Positions 21,593-34,364 of a stretch of DNA of 64,000 nt are shown here, piece after piece. Position numbers and translations under genes: made by a program. Each line of letters opens with the position of its first letter. Positions within the stretch are counted from its first letter, which is position 1. The notes beneath the pieces were generated by a model, which worked only from the letters and a program-made list of their open reading frames with translations, was not told the origin of the DNA and did no database searches. Origin of the DNA: Scyliorhinus canicula (Eukaryota); assembly GCF_902713615.1 (NCBI RefSeq), contig NW_024055457.1:1-64000 (forward strand), read 5' to 3'.

Positions 21593-22448
21593 ATGTCGCT
21601 CTCCGTTCTCACAATGGTCTGGGTTATATTAATTATCTGTAAGATGTTTAATTTTTTTACGAGTTTCTCTTTGGTGTAATAAATTTGACAAATGGAAACT
21701 TGAGGAGCAAAAATCTATACTGACTCTGGGTTCTGATCGATTGCGAGCATTTCTGGTCATTTCCTCATCGGTGGAACATGGGGACACAAAACACAATAGA
21801 AAAAACACACGACAATGATGAATCTGTAACTGAGAGATTCCACAAGGTAAGACTCAGAAGTAAACAAATAGGCTGCTCTCAACTGAGGAAGAATTTCAAT
21901 GAGAGGTACTTGGACAGGTCGCTAATACTTATGGATGATTCTAAAACTAACATTCATAAATATAAGAGATCCAACATGATCCAATCTGGAAATCAAGAGA
22001 AACATATTTATCAGGAGAGCGGTTAGAAAGTAGAACTCACAAGGAGCAGTTGAGATTGGTGAAGATGCAATAAGGGGCGATAGGGAAGCAGGCGAGGGAG
22101 AAAGGGCCGGAAAGTTTTCCTGATGCACCGAGATGGAGTGGAAGGAACATTGACCAGTTCAGCTGAATGGGTTCTTTATGCTGGAAACTCTTCTAATTTT
22201 AGATAACACGGACTGACTTTGCACCCTCAGTACAGTTCAGTTGAAGTTTTAATCGACGATTTCCGCTTTCATTACGTGCTCCAGGTCTGAGCAATAGAGA
22301 TTCTGTGACTCAGCGGGAATCCTCACTCACACAGACAGAGGGAAAAGATGTCACTTCAACCTGCACCTGTACCGACTATGCTTGTTATTTATTCTGGGAC
22401 CGTCAATACCCAGACAGACTGCCCGAGTTTGCGGTCCGCAGGCACACA
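21593..22448 (+). pseudogene. TRAV: TCR V gene disrupted by a Penelope-like insertion; leader 21593-21638, V exon from 22285
   Basis: Leader MSLSVLTMVWVILII with GTAAG donor. The exon reads LSNRDSVTQRESSLTQTEGKDVTSTCTCTDYACYLFWDRQYPDRLPEFAVRRHT, then element sequence. CCAAT and GGAAGT motifs lie at ~21440-21520. Confidence 0.87.
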
Positions 22449-22765
22449 GTAAGAAGTCTTACATCACCAGGTTAACGTCCAACAGGTTTGTTTTGAATCA
22501 CTAGCTTCCGGAGCACTGCTCCTTCCTCAGGTGAATGAAGAGGTGGGTCCCAGAAACATATATATCGACAAAGTCAATGATGCAAGATGATACTTTGAAT
22601 GCCAGTCTTTGCGGGTAATTAAGTCTTTACAGGTCCGGAGGGAGCAACTGGCGAGAGGGATAATCACAGGTGAAAGAGATGTGAATTGTCTCAGGCCAGG
22701 ACAGTTGGGAGGGTTTCGCAAACGCAGGCCAGATCGTGGGGTGAGTGCAATGCGACAGGAATCCA
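22449..22765 (-). mobile_element. Penelope-like element terminal repeat fragment (family 1)
   Basis: Reverse complement of the 3' repeat of the GIY-YIG elements at 34283-35112 and 41175-41955. Confidence 0.85.
22499..22533 (-). ncRNA. Hammerhead ribozyme motif with a mutated core (GAAA to GGAA); probably inactive
   Basis: CAC-CTGAGGA-A-GGAGC(agt)GCTCC-GGA-AGCT-A-GTG. Confidence 0.55.
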
Positions 22766-22920
22766 AGGCGCATGGGCGGCGGTGCTGAGTTAGCTCATCT
22801 TTAGCTCAGCGTTTATTTCGTAATATCTTCAATTACAAAGTGGCATAAATTCTCCAAGCATATCTTTACATTATGCTCAAAATGGATTCGATGTAAAATG
22901 AACAAAGGAAACCTTTCCCA

Positions 22921-23225
22921 AAGGGCAGCACGGTAACACAAGTGGTTAGCACTGTGGCTTCACAGATCCAGGGTCCCAGGTTAGATTCCCCGCTGGGTCA
23001 CTGCCTGTGCGGAGTCTGCACTTTCTCCCCGTGTCAGCGTGGCCTTCTTCCAGATGCTCCGGTTTCCTCCCACAGTCCAAAGACGTGCAGGCAGGTTAGG
23101 TGGATTGGCCATGCTAGATTACCCTTAGTGCCCAAAAGATGAGGAGGGGTTATTGGGTTACGGGGATATGGTATAGGTGAGGGCAGACGCGATGGGCTGA
23201 ATGGCCTCCTTCTGCACTGCACGTT
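22921..23225 (+). mobile_element. HE1-like SINE
   Basis: Same family as 12334-12645. Confidence 0.85.
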
Positions 23226-23325
23226 CAAAGTTGTACCTGTTCCTCTAGACTTGTTAACCTTTTGGGTTTATTTGAAGACAGAGGAATCTGCTGCTAATTT
23301 TGGAAAGTCCAGGTCCCAACCGCCC

Positions 23326-23358
<33 letters not shown>

Positions 23359-23416
23359 CCCCTCCTCCCACACACACTCTTCCATTATTCACTATTCCCT
23401 CTGTTAAACACGGAGG

Positions 23417-23455
23417 TGTTTGTGTCCGAGGCTCTCTCTGGTTGCTGTCACTGTG
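23417..23455 (-). promoter_or_regulatory. 23-RSS, heptamer CACAGTG, nonamer ACACAAACA
   Basis: Heptamer 23449-23455, 23-bp spacer, nonamer 7/9 to consensus. Confidence 0.88.
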
Positions 23456-23971
23456 TGTTTACGTCCGCAGTAATACACCGCGCGGTCAGACAGCCGCAGC
23501 TCCCGGATGGTGAATTTCCCCACACATTTCGAAATATCCAGAGATGCAGAAAATCGATACCCCACACCCACTGCTCTGGAAACTTCTCCGGAATTAGGAA
23601 TGTGCATCAAGAAGATGGGGGCTTTCTCCCAGTGCCAGGCGGTACAGCTGTAAGGAATATGAAGTAGCAATGGTCGGATAGCTGTAATTAATCGTCACCG
23701 AATCTCCGTCAAACAGTGTCAGTGTAATCGGTTCCTGTGAGACTGAATCTGCACCACTAACACCTGCAGAAATTTAGAAACAAAGAGATTTTAAAAACTC
23801 AATCTGTTATATTAATGTTATCGAGGTACCGGCATATTTTGTAAATATAGTGAATAAACAGTTAAAGGGAGGATTACTATGTCAGTATAACGTGAAAGTT
23901 GTGTAACTTGGGCTATTACCGGCTAAGAGAGCAGCAATTGAGAGGAATGAGTCAAAAGTAACGGCCAACAT
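23456..23971 (-). pseudogene. TRAV: TCR V pseudogene; leader 23920-23971, V exon 23456-23763
   Basis: MLAVTFDSFLSIAALLAG-VSGADSVSQEP.... The first Cys is changed to Tyr, the conserved Trp to Leu, there is an FR2 frameshift, and it ends SDRAVYYCGRK. Confidence 0.88.
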
Positions 23972-24119
23972 GTCCACAGAACAGATGGTGGATTTGAACA
24001 GAGTGAGTTAACCCTGAATTATTTTAGGTCAGACGCTCCGGTCTCTTTGCCGATTGGTTCATTCCTGACAGTCAACAGGTGACACCCAATCAGCTCACGG
24101 TTCTTTTGTCCTGCAAGGA

Positions 24120-24440
24120 ATAGAATCACAGAATCCCGACAGTACAGAAGGAGGCCATTCGGCCCATACAGTCTGCTCCGTCCCTCCGAAAGACCATCCT
24201 ATCTGGGGCCAATTTCCCGGAAACTCCACCCGAAGGGGCATGGTCCCTTAGCATGGTCAATCCAGCTAACCTGCACACGTTTGCACTGCTGAGGAAAGCA
24301 GAGCACCCAAGGGAAACACACACAAACACGGGGAGAATGTACAAACTCCACACGGACAGATACCCGAGATCGGAATCGAACCCGAGTCTCTAGCGATGTG
24401 AGGCAGCAGTGCTAACCACTATGACTCGTTGCCACCCAAT
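24120..24440 (-). mobile_element. HE1-like SINE inserted in the promoter of the 23971 V gene
   Basis: Reverse complement of the SINE family, with CCAATCAG motifs on both sides. Confidence 0.8.
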
Positions 24441-24792
24441 CAGATTAGCGTCCATTTGTTTCCCACCAATCCACGACGTCAGAGCAATGAATATCGAACC
24501 ACTTGAAACTGTTCCCACAACAGTTAATTCGACAGAAGAACAGAAGATGATAAGAAATAGGATGTAACGTGGGCCACTTGGCCTTTCTAACCTGCTCCGC
24601 CATTCAATAAGATCCTGATTGTTTGACCTGACATTCAACTTCCTGAGCTATCCACAAATTCCTTACTACCTTAATATTCTCAAATCCATCAACACCTGTT
24701 TTTAAGGAACTCAGCAACTGAACAACAACGACTGTCTCGGTGAATAAGAATAAGGCGGGCATTGAATACAATGTTGTTTCATTATCAGGGTG

Positions 24793-25260
24793 GGGGTGAT
24801 TCACCCAGACAGCGCCAATGTTCACAGGCAACTCATTGAAAGCTCACTGCAGTTTTGATGCTGAAAGTTACGGAGATTCCATATTTTGAAGGAATCCCAT
24901 CGAACTCTTCTCCCTCCATCAGAATGCTTCATTGGAAAGGAGGCACTGCAGAGCAATGTGGCCAATGCGTCTTTTGGTGTTTTTGTTTTTCGGAATCTTA
25001 TGACATTTGTTTTGCTTGTTTTAGTCATCTCTATACCTTTGTCTGTTTGTCCATTCCACTGTCGATACATCTGATTTACACTTACCAATCTGCTGTTGTA
25101 TTCGCTTTATCGATTCTTTTCATCGATCCTAATCTATCTACATCTCTAGCTGTCTTAATCGTCCTGTAAACCTTTCAAAAATAGCTCCGATTCTTGTCAA
25201 CTTGTGTCTGCTTTCAATGAGTTGCCTGTGAACATTGGCGCTGTCTAGGTGAATCACCCC
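24793..25260. mobile_element. 468-bp segment bounded by 51-bp terminal inverted repeats (MITE-like)
   Basis: 24793-24843 and the reverse complement of 25210-25260 match at 50/51 positions. No TSD is evident. Confidence 0.65.
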
Positions 25261-25299
25261 TTGCCTAATAATATTTACGAGAATGGATCCAGAGCAAAG

Positions 25300-25750
25300 C
25301 AACGAGCAACTTTATTCACGAAGAGAGATTTGACAAGTTGCGACTGCTGCCCTTGATGAGCAGGTTAAAAAGTGATCCGAGAGAGGTATTGCAAATCATG
25401 CCGGTTCTGGACAGAGTAGATATGGAGAAACAGTTTCCATATGTGGGAGGGTCGAGTACCAGAGGGCACAGTTTGAAGGTAATTGGGATAGGAATCATGG
25501 AGCCATGAGGAGAAACATTTTCACCCAATCAGTGGTTAGGATGTGGGCTGGACTATTTGATTGCGTGTGTGTGTGTGGAAGGGGGGGGGGGGGGGGGGAT
25601 CAACTGATGCTTTCAAAGGGTAATTGGATTGTTACCTCAAATAGAAAATTAATTCCAATTTTCAGAGAAGTGAGCGGTGTTAGATAAATCGCCCCTTTGT
25701 TCGGCCAGCACATGCATGCCTAGTGGAAAGGCCTTCTTCTGCATTGAAAA
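25300..25750 (+). mobile_element. CR1-type LINE 3' end
   Basis: ACCAGAGGGCACAG...ATGAGGAGAAACATTTTCACCC CR1 tail signature. Confidence 0.75.
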
Positions 25751-26124
25751 CACCCTCTGACTATGTTTAAAGGGGCGAGAGTGGGTTAGCTCTAATGTCA
25801 CTGAGATAGTAATTGAAATGTCCAGCCTAATTCTCTGACACCATGTGTCCAAATCCTACAATAGATGAAAGATGAATTTTAAAATATAAATGAATGGCAC
25901 AGTAAGCTAATCAGTTCATAGGGTTTGAGATGGTCAACAAATGTTGGTCTAGCCAGTGAGGCCCACACCCCATGACATTTTTTTAAAAATCAGAAATTGC
26001 AATACTAAAGTCTGGCCAGTTGGTGGCAGTGACACCGTGGTTGCTGACATTACATGAAGCAGAAATTGTCTCAATTATAAGGACAATGGACTCTGTCTGT
26101 GTTCAAATTAAACGAGACACGTAT

Positions 26125-26330
26125 TAGGCTAGCTCAGTTGGTTAGACAGCTGGTTTGTGATGCAGAACCTAGCCAACAGCACGGATTGAATTCCCGTACT
26201 GGCTAAGGTTATTCCTGAAGGACTTGCCTTCTCAACCTTGCCCCTGGCCTCAGGTTTAATTCCCACCAGCTAGCTCTCGCCCTCAAAGAGGAAAGCAACC
26301 TATGGTCCTCTGGGACTGTGGCGACCTTAC
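26125..26330 (+). mobile_element. tRNA-derived SINE (third type)
   Basis: Box A-like TAGCTCAGTTGG and box B-like TTGAATTCCC; not a cloverleaf. Confidence 0.65.
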
Positions 26331-27834
26331 CTATTAGGCTGATTTTATGACTGCAGAGCCCAGTTATGACCATACTGGCTGAATCCCAGCTGTTAATATG
26401 TTGAACCAACGCCCTCCTTATATTACGCTCAGCATTCAGGAAGTTACAATAGCACTGAATCATACCTCGGCTAATATGATAATGGCCCATGCCCAATTGT
26501 TACTTCACGAGACCCAGCATCCACTGATACTAAACCTAAACATGTACCTATTTGTATTACATGAGGCTCTGTCTCAATTATTACTTTAAAATAACCTGCC
26601 ACATTCCTCAGCATAGTGGTCTGGGCCAAACCATCTTTAGCTGCTTTATCAATTATCTTATTTTACTCATAAAGTCAGAAATTAGGATCTTCTCTGTTGA
26701 TTGCACAATATTAAACCACCATTCTCGACCCCTCACATACTGAAGTAGCCTATTAACAGTGCAACAAGATCGGGACTACATTCAGGTTTGACTGATATGT
26801 GACAAGTACAGGCAATGACCAAGAGAGGATCAACCATCGCCACTTGACATTGAATGGAATTACCATAGTGGAATCAACCAGCATCAATATCCTGGGAGTG
26901 GCCATTGACCAGAAACTGAAATCGAATAGCCCAATAAATACGGTTTCTGCCAGAACAAGTCAAGTCTAGGAACAGAGGACAAAACAGCCTCTTCCATTGC
27001 TGTCACTTCCACAAACATCAAATCCTTCAACCACCGACGAACGGTGTCAGATTATGTAACATATACAAGATGTACTATAGAAACTCACCACGACTACTGA
27101 GGCAGCGTCTTCCAACCTACTAACACTTCCATCTTGAAGGACAACACCAGAAAACACATGTATTTGTGTGATCAAAATCGTAGAAATATTTTGAACATTA
27201 ATGAGTGGAATAGGTCAAAGATAATGCAGGCATCAGGATCAAATTCCGAAGTGACAGGAATACAGATTCCAGAAATAATAATGGAGAATTAGAGCATTAA
27301 AACTTGAATGGCGGTGGGCTATTTGTACATACATTACGGAAGCAGCGTTTTTGCCCACTCTTATTTTAGGAGACGCAATTAAAATTGTTAAGACATTGCT
27401 GACTATGAACGTACACAATACAGGGTCTGGTGCAATTTTAATAGTTACAAACTGCAGTGCATGACTGAACACATCTCTGGATCGAGTCTGATGCTGACAC
27501 AATGAGTATCTGGTGCAGCACATCAAAGTTGGCTCTTAAATAACCGTGTTTGTGTGAGAGACAGAGAACATTGACACAACAGCAAATGGTTTTCTTAACG
27601 TTGCATCAGAGTCAGGCACCATTGCAATGTGATTGGATGAAGTTAGTGTCAGGCAGATAAAACCCGAAATTGCTGGAATTTCCCTGCATGTCAGGCAGAA
27701 TCTGAGGAGGGAAACAGAGTTCACGTTTCATGTCACTGACAGAACATCAGCACCAGGTTCATCCACTAACTGTATTTCTCTCTGAAAATGTGACCCGCCA
27801 GAGTAGCACATTTGGCCGCACTTCTGTTTCTGGC

Positions 27835-27972
27835 CTAAATAAAAGCAAATTACTGCGGATGCTGGAATCTGAAACGAAAGGGAAAATGCTGGAAAATCTC
27901 AGCACGTCTGGCAGCATCCGTAGGGAGAGAAAAGAGCTAACGTTTCGAGTCCAATGACTCTTTGTCAAAGGT
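27835..27972 (-). mobile_element. Penelope-like terminal fragment (family 2) with a U3-A8 hammerhead motif at 27935-27972
   Basis: Reverse complement of 10605-10735; stem I is partly mismatched. Confidence 0.55.
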
Positions 27973-28647
27973 CAGACTGGGGTCTGTTTCTGACCTGTTT
28001 GACCTGGGTTCAAATTCCACTCCAGGATTGTTGACCATGGAAGGAGTGTTGGTGCCACTGAAGCAGGTTATTAATCAGCCTCCAAAATCCTTAACACTCT
28101 CCACACCTTCCTGCAAGAGGGATATAATGTGAATGTACGAAAACCAATCGGATTGTCCATCCGCTTTCTGACATGTTGAGTTTTTCCAGCAGCTTTCGAG
28201 CAGTATCACTATTTTAGATTTCTAGTATATGAGGCGTGTTACCTTTGGACTAATGTAATGGGAGCTGCGAACAGGTATTTCAGCATCGATTCGTTGGTGG
28301 TACTCTTAACCCCTGAGTCAGAAAGCTGTGGGTGCAAGTTCCAGTCCGGAGCCCCGACCTCACAATATAGATCAATTCTCACCGTGATAGTTTGGATGAA
28401 AATCCTTCGAGTCCATTATCCATTATTTCCATAAATTTCAGATTTAAGGGGTGAAGGACAGAAAAACACTGGTCAGTCGCTCCATTCAGCGAACTGCGGG
28501 TTACCGGCATATCAATGATGCTTTAAAGTCCGTTCCTCTCCCCCCCCCCCCCCCCCCCCCCCCCCCCACATACACACACACACACACTTGTAAAATAACA
28601 AACATCTTTTCCACTTAGATTTGCGAAGTGATTTACAACTGCCGCAC

Positions 28648-29008
28648 CGGTATGATAATCACAGAGTCCGGCTCCAGAGTATCAATAACAGAGACTGCCG
28701 GGCCCGGGGTCAGACTGGGGTCTGGTATAATAATAATCACAGAGACAGGCTCCAGTGTATCAATAACAGAGACTGCCGGGTTCGGGGTCAGACTGGGGTC
28801 AGGTATAATAATAATCACAGAGACCGGATCCAGTGTATCAATAACAGAGACTGCCGGGCCCGGGGTCAGACTGGTGTCTGGTATAATAATAATCACAGAG
28901 ACCGGCTCCAGTGTATCAATAACAGAGACTGCCGGGGTCGGGGTCAGACTGGGGCCTGGTATAATAATAATAATCAGAGACCGGCTCCAGTGTATCAATA
29001 ACAGAGAA
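28648..29008. repeat. 78-bp minisatellite, ~4.6 copies
   Basis: GGTATAATAAT recurs at 28724, 28802, 28880 and 28958. Confidence 0.95.
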
Positions 29009-29369
29009 AGGTGATAATCTTCGGAGAAGGGAGGCAGGGGACCTCATGAACAGCTGATTTTAAGAGGAAGTGAATCGATCAGAAAGCAATGATGCTCCGG
29101 GCCCCAGCCCAGGCATCATGCTGGGTGACAGGGATGTATGTTGGAAAAGCGGATTGGAAACTTCATTGAGTGAGGTGCGTGTGATTGACTCCACCTCGGA
29201 TCTTTATACGCAATGGGAGGATAATTATGGCAAACCCTATAATGGTGCATCTGTCGGGGGAAACAAAAACATCTGTTTCTTCTTATTGTTACGAACAGTT
29301 CTCCATTTACACAGACACGCAAGAACCGGTTCCGGCAGCTTATGAACACTATATTTCTTTTGTAAATTT

Positions 29370-29570
29370 AGAGTATCCATTTATTTATATTTTCAAATAG
29401 AGGGTAATTTAGCATGGCCAATCCACCGACGCTTCACAGTTTTGGGGGTGAATCACACGCAATCACGGGGAGAACATGCAACCTCCGCACGGACAGCGAC
29501 TCAGGAGCGGGATCGAACTCGGGTCCTCAGAAGCGCAGGCCGCACTGCTAACCACTGTACCAACGTGCCG
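29370..29570 (-). mobile_element. HE1-like SINE
   Basis: Reverse complement of the family. Confidence 0.75.
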
Positions 29571-29949
29571 TCTCAAATTATGGGCACTTAGGTTTAAATC
29601 ATCAGTTTCGGACACAAAGACTAAAAGGACAAAGCCTCATCAAGGAAGAATTAGTGCCACAAATGTTAACGATTAGTTGTTCTTTTTCGAAACAAGTGCT
29701 ATTCGCTGTTACTTTGTCCAAAGTAGTGGATTGTAAACAGCAACGATCCTCTGAAAGATTCGTGGCAATTATCTACACATACCCAGGTTCTGTCAGACGA
29801 CAGAACTAGCACAAAATCAAAGCTGTGTAATGATTGTATTTTATTCGGCCTCAATGAAGGACAGAGGGAGATACAGAAAAGGTGCTGGGACAATGATTAG
29901 AGTTGAACCATCCAACTGGTCCCATTCCCTCTCATCCTTCAGATCTTAA

Positions 29950-30170
29950 TACCTTCAAATATTTATCCATCATTTTCCAAAGTTGCTATTAAATCTGATT
30001 CCATCATAATTTCCCCTTGTGTGTTCCAGTTTATAACAACTCGCTGTGTCAAAACAATCCTCCTGTTCAATGCAGTAAATCTGTGTCCTCTGGTTACAGA
30101 CCCTCCTGCCAGCTGTAATAGTCTCTCTTTAATTACTCTATTCAAACCTTGATGGTTTTGTTTGAGCAGT
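29950..30170 (-). mobile_element. CR1-type LINE 3' fragment
   Basis: GGSVTRGHRF...TQRVVINWN in translation. Confidence 0.7.
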
Positions 30171-31554
30171 TTAATTAAATACATAAAGATGGAGAAAGAT
30201 ACAGAGAGAGAGAAACTGAGCGAAGGAATGAGAAAGAGTGACGCGGGGTTGAGAGATAAAATCTGAGAAACAGTAAAAACAAATTACACACAGAGGGAGA
30301 TTGATAAAATAGTGAAATGGAACAAGATATCATTTCCTGGCTTCAGAGAACCGGGGAAACTCAGTGAGTGATCTACTGACCATCCAGTTATGTCCTGGAA
30401 TGGAAGCTTTGAACCGATCACAACAGGTTCATTTGTAAATGTCACCGCAAAGTGATCTGTGTGACTTTGCCCTGACTCTGTTGGCAGCGATAAGCTGCAT
30501 TAACAGAATGTTCTCACCAGATTGTGGTCCCTGGATTTATTTTCTGTTCAGAAGTGAGATGTGCGGTTTGGAACCGGCAGCAGAGAAACAGGAAGTTGTG
30601 TTACCTGAGAGTGAAACAGCAGGCGTCAGTTTCATGTTATCACCGTGAACAGTCTTCCTGCCTGTGAGGGTGAACTCACTCTGACAGCATCAAGAACACC
30701 CACACAGATTGCTGCCGGTCTCAGCATTACATTCACATCCATTCCAATTCCCTTGTAAAAGTTATATTATTTGTTTAAAAACACAGTAACCGATCGGGAG
30801 ATGCTCAGATGATCTTCACTGGTCATAATACAAATAATAATCTGGAGACATGAAGGGAAATTAAAGCAACAATCTGTTAACAGAGGTTATACTAATGTAG
30901 AAAGTTTGAAGGCACTTGATGTCAGAGCGAGAGAGGGGGGTGGGGGAGAGAGAGAGAGGGGGTGGGGGTGGGGAGAGAGGGGGGGGAGAGAGGGGGAGAG
31001 AGAGAGAGGTTAAGTGAATGAGCTGGTGCCTTTCTGGCACAGAATTTTCCTCTGATGACGTTTTGGTGCTTAATTATTGTCAGAAGTGCCTTCAGCAAAA
31101 AAGATTTAAACACGAGGTGCCATTTAAACACTAGGTGCCTGACCCGGCTGCTGTGTGCCTGTGTAAGTGAGTTAAGTCTGAGAGAGAGCAGCGGAATCAA
31201 CTGATTTAGGTGCAGCCTGAGACAGAGAAAGCCAGGTGAACCGATATGTAAGTAACGTGAAAGATATATTTGCCTTTTCAATGGAATGGACAGCTTGATA
31301 TTACTGTCTAGATCACTCAGGCCAATACATTACAAGTACACATTGAGTTCAGCACAGGATGTGGAAGGTAATCTCAATAAAATGTCGTCCTGCGCTGAAA
31401 AATAATTGCAATTATTGGCAACGCCATTTTGCAAACAATGAATAATGATGTGTTCCAGATTAACCGGCCGATATAGACATACAGGCGCATACATAGACAC
31501 ACCTATCCACATACAGAGACACACATACATACATACACACATACATGCACATAG

Positions 31555-31725
31555 GGGCTGGTTTAGCTCACTGAGCTAAATCGCTGGCTTTTAATGCAGG
31601 CCAGCAGCACGGTTTGATTCCCGTACCAGCATCCCCGGACAGGCGCAGAAATGTGGCGACTAGGGGCTTTTCACAGTAACTTCATTGAAACCTACTCGTG
31701 ACAATAAGCGATTTTCATTTAATTT
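31555..31725 (+). mobile_element. Short SINE (second family)
   Basis: Homologous to 14692-14870. Confidence 0.85.
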
Positions 31726-32618
31726 CATTTCATACACACACAGTTTCAGACTCTGTCTCTCACAATCAGTGGCCACACCAAAAGCAAACAGAAATCCATT
31801 CAGCCAAAAGGGCGAAGGACAATTCGGACCATGAAAGGAAACAGTGGGTAATTGCCACATATGTACACAAGTCTGAATTAGTCATATCCAACACAATGGA
31901 GTTTGTGACTGTGTTGTGCAATGTGAAGTTCAATATGACTCCTGTGTTTCTGTTCTTCAGCCTGGTGATGACGTGAATGTCACAAGATTTGCTTCAACCT
32001 TACAGCAAAATATTACACAGCCATTACCGGACCAATCACACAACACCAAATAGTTATTCATTGTGCCTTTGTAAGTGAATTAAGTCTGAGAGAGAACAGA
32101 GACATTAATTAATCTAGGTGTAGTCTGAAACAAAGACATGAGAACAGATCTTCAGGAGGTTTCAAGATGTATTTGCCTTTGTAACGAACTTCCATAACAG
32201 CTAATAGTTATTGACACGACAAAATGTATTCTTCCAAACACAAGTGAGTTCCCCATTCCACCCACAAGGCAGTGTTCCACTGGTATTGTCGCTGGACTAG
32301 TAATCCAGAGACCCAGAGTCAAGCTCTGGGGACCCGGGCTCCCACCACGGCAGGTGGTGAAATTTGAATCAAGAATGATCTGGAATTAAAAGTCTAATGA
32401 TGACCATGCAACCAACGTTCTGTGTAATCAAAACCCATCTGGTTCACTGATGTCCTTCAGGGAAGGACATCTGTCGCCCTTAACTAGTCTGGTCTACATA
32501 TGACTCCAGATGATTCCACAGCAATGTCGTTGATTCTTAAATGCCTTCAGGGATGTGTAAGAACTGCAGGATCAGCCAGCGCCATCTACATCCCATGAAC
32601 GAATAAAAAGCAATTAGT

Positions 32619-32998
32619 NNNNNNNNNNNNNNNNNNNNNNNNNNNNNNNNNNNNNNNNNNNNNNNNNNNNNNNNNNNNNNNNNNNNNNNNNNNNNNNNNN
32701 NNNNNNNNNNNNNNNNNNNNNNNNNNNNNNNNNNNNNNNNNNNNNNNNNNNNNNNNNNNNNNNNNNNNNNNNNNNNNNNNNNNNNNNNNNNNNNNNNNNN
32801 NNNNNNNNNNNNNNNNNNNNNNNNNNNNNNNNNNNNNNNNNNNNNNNNNNNNNNNNNNNNNNNNNNNNNNNNNNNNNNNNNNNNNNNNNNNNNNNNNNNN
32901 NNNNNNNNNNNNNNNNNNNNNNNNNNNNNNNNNNNNNNNNNNNNNNNNNNNNNNNNNNNNNNNNNNNNNNNNNNNNNNNNNNNNNNNNNNNNNNNNNN
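32619..32998. other. Assembly gap (380 N)
   Basis: Run of N. Confidence 1.
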
Positions 32999-32999
32999 T

Positions 33000-33480
33000 T
33001 GCGAGATATATCAGTATGAGCGAGAGAAATCCAGTATTTTCACCCAGCCACAGTGAAGGAACGGCGATATATTTCCAAGTCAAAGTGTTGAGTGACTTGG
33101 AGAGGAACCTCCAGGTGTTGGTGTTCCAAAGTATCTGCTGTTCTTGTCCTTGTTGATGGTTGTAGCCGTGGGTCTGGTAGGTGCTGAATATGAAACCTTC
33201 ATTAGTTCCAACAGTAAATCTTGTTGATGGCAACAATCAAGCGATTGATTTGTCCTGGATGGTGTAAAGCTTCTTGAGATTTTTTGAAGCTGCACTCCAG
33301 ACAAGTGGAGAGTATTCCATTACACTTCAGACCTGGAAGATGATGGACAGGCTTTGGGCAATCGGGATGTGAGTTACTCGCCACAGGATCTTTGAACTGC
33401 TCTGGCAGCCACAGCATTCGTCTGACTTGTCCAGTTCAGTTTCCTGTCAATGACAACCCCCAGGATGTTGATTGTGCGGG
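33000..33480 (-). mobile_element. Decayed LINE 3' fragment
   Basis: Similar to the minus-strand LINE remnants at 55340-56760 and 59480-60330. Confidence 0.55.
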
Positions 33481-34329
33481 AATCAATGAAAATAAATCTG
33501 TTGCATTATTCTGTGGGGCAAGACTTCAGCTGTGAATAAAACAGAGTCTAACAAAATAATATCAGAGAGTAGGCTTAACATAATATAAATGGAGACTTGG
33601 TTCAGTTGAACAACTGCTCCGAAATGGCGACTTCTAACATGTACAGCAGCATGGATTCATGCATCAATTAATTAATCCGCACATAATGTAATATTAACAT
33701 ATTAATGCAATGATTAAAAAGAGTCAATTGCAGTAGGGAGAGGTGTTGCTCAGTGCATTTCTGAATTAGACTGCAACTATTTGCTAAAGCAGTAAACACA
33801 GTCTCGTGCAGTCATAACTGAGAAAGGGTGTATTGTAGTATGTATAGAAACATGGCCCTACCTATTGAAATGTTTAACTGTCGATAGCATTCTCCACACA
33901 GGTACAATGCTGAGGGAAAGATAAAACGAAACATCGTCCTGTTCAATCATTCCAGAGACAAGACCAAGGGTAATAATACTTGTTATACGGTTAAGTACAG
34001 TGATAACTGAAGCAGGGATTAATGTAATACAACGAAACACAATGTGCAGTAAAATTAAAATAAATACATCGTCTAACTACAAGTAAAAACTCAACTAGAG
34101 TAAATTATAGAGGCCACAGAAGCATGAGCTAATGCATTAGTAACTGGAATAATATCGAAAGATATAAACACTGAGAGGATCTGATTTAGGGAGAACTGAG
34201 AAAGGACTTATTTTATTTTAAACAGAGATATGGAGGAGTGTAGTAATAAATGAGATGTAACCCATTGCCCGATTAATATTATAAGAAGTCTTCCAACACC
34301 AGGTTAATGTCCAACAAGTTTGCTTCAAA

Positions 34330-34364
34330 CACTAGCTTTCGGAGCACTGCTCCTTCCTCAGGTG
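34330..34364 (-). ncRNA. Minimal type I hammerhead ribozyme motif
   Basis: CAC-CTGAGGA-A-GGAGC(agt)GCTCC-GAA-AGCT-A-GTG. Confidence 0.7.

Noticed and set aside
26125-26200. Possible tRNA gene
   Set aside because: A and B boxes are present but there is no cloverleaf, and the sequence continues into a SINE body.
28621-29014. Overlapping 120-128 aa ORFs
   Set aside because: They are products of the 78-bp minisatellite.
32586-33236. 216-aa ORF
   Set aside because: It spans the N gap, and its flanks are repeat-derived.
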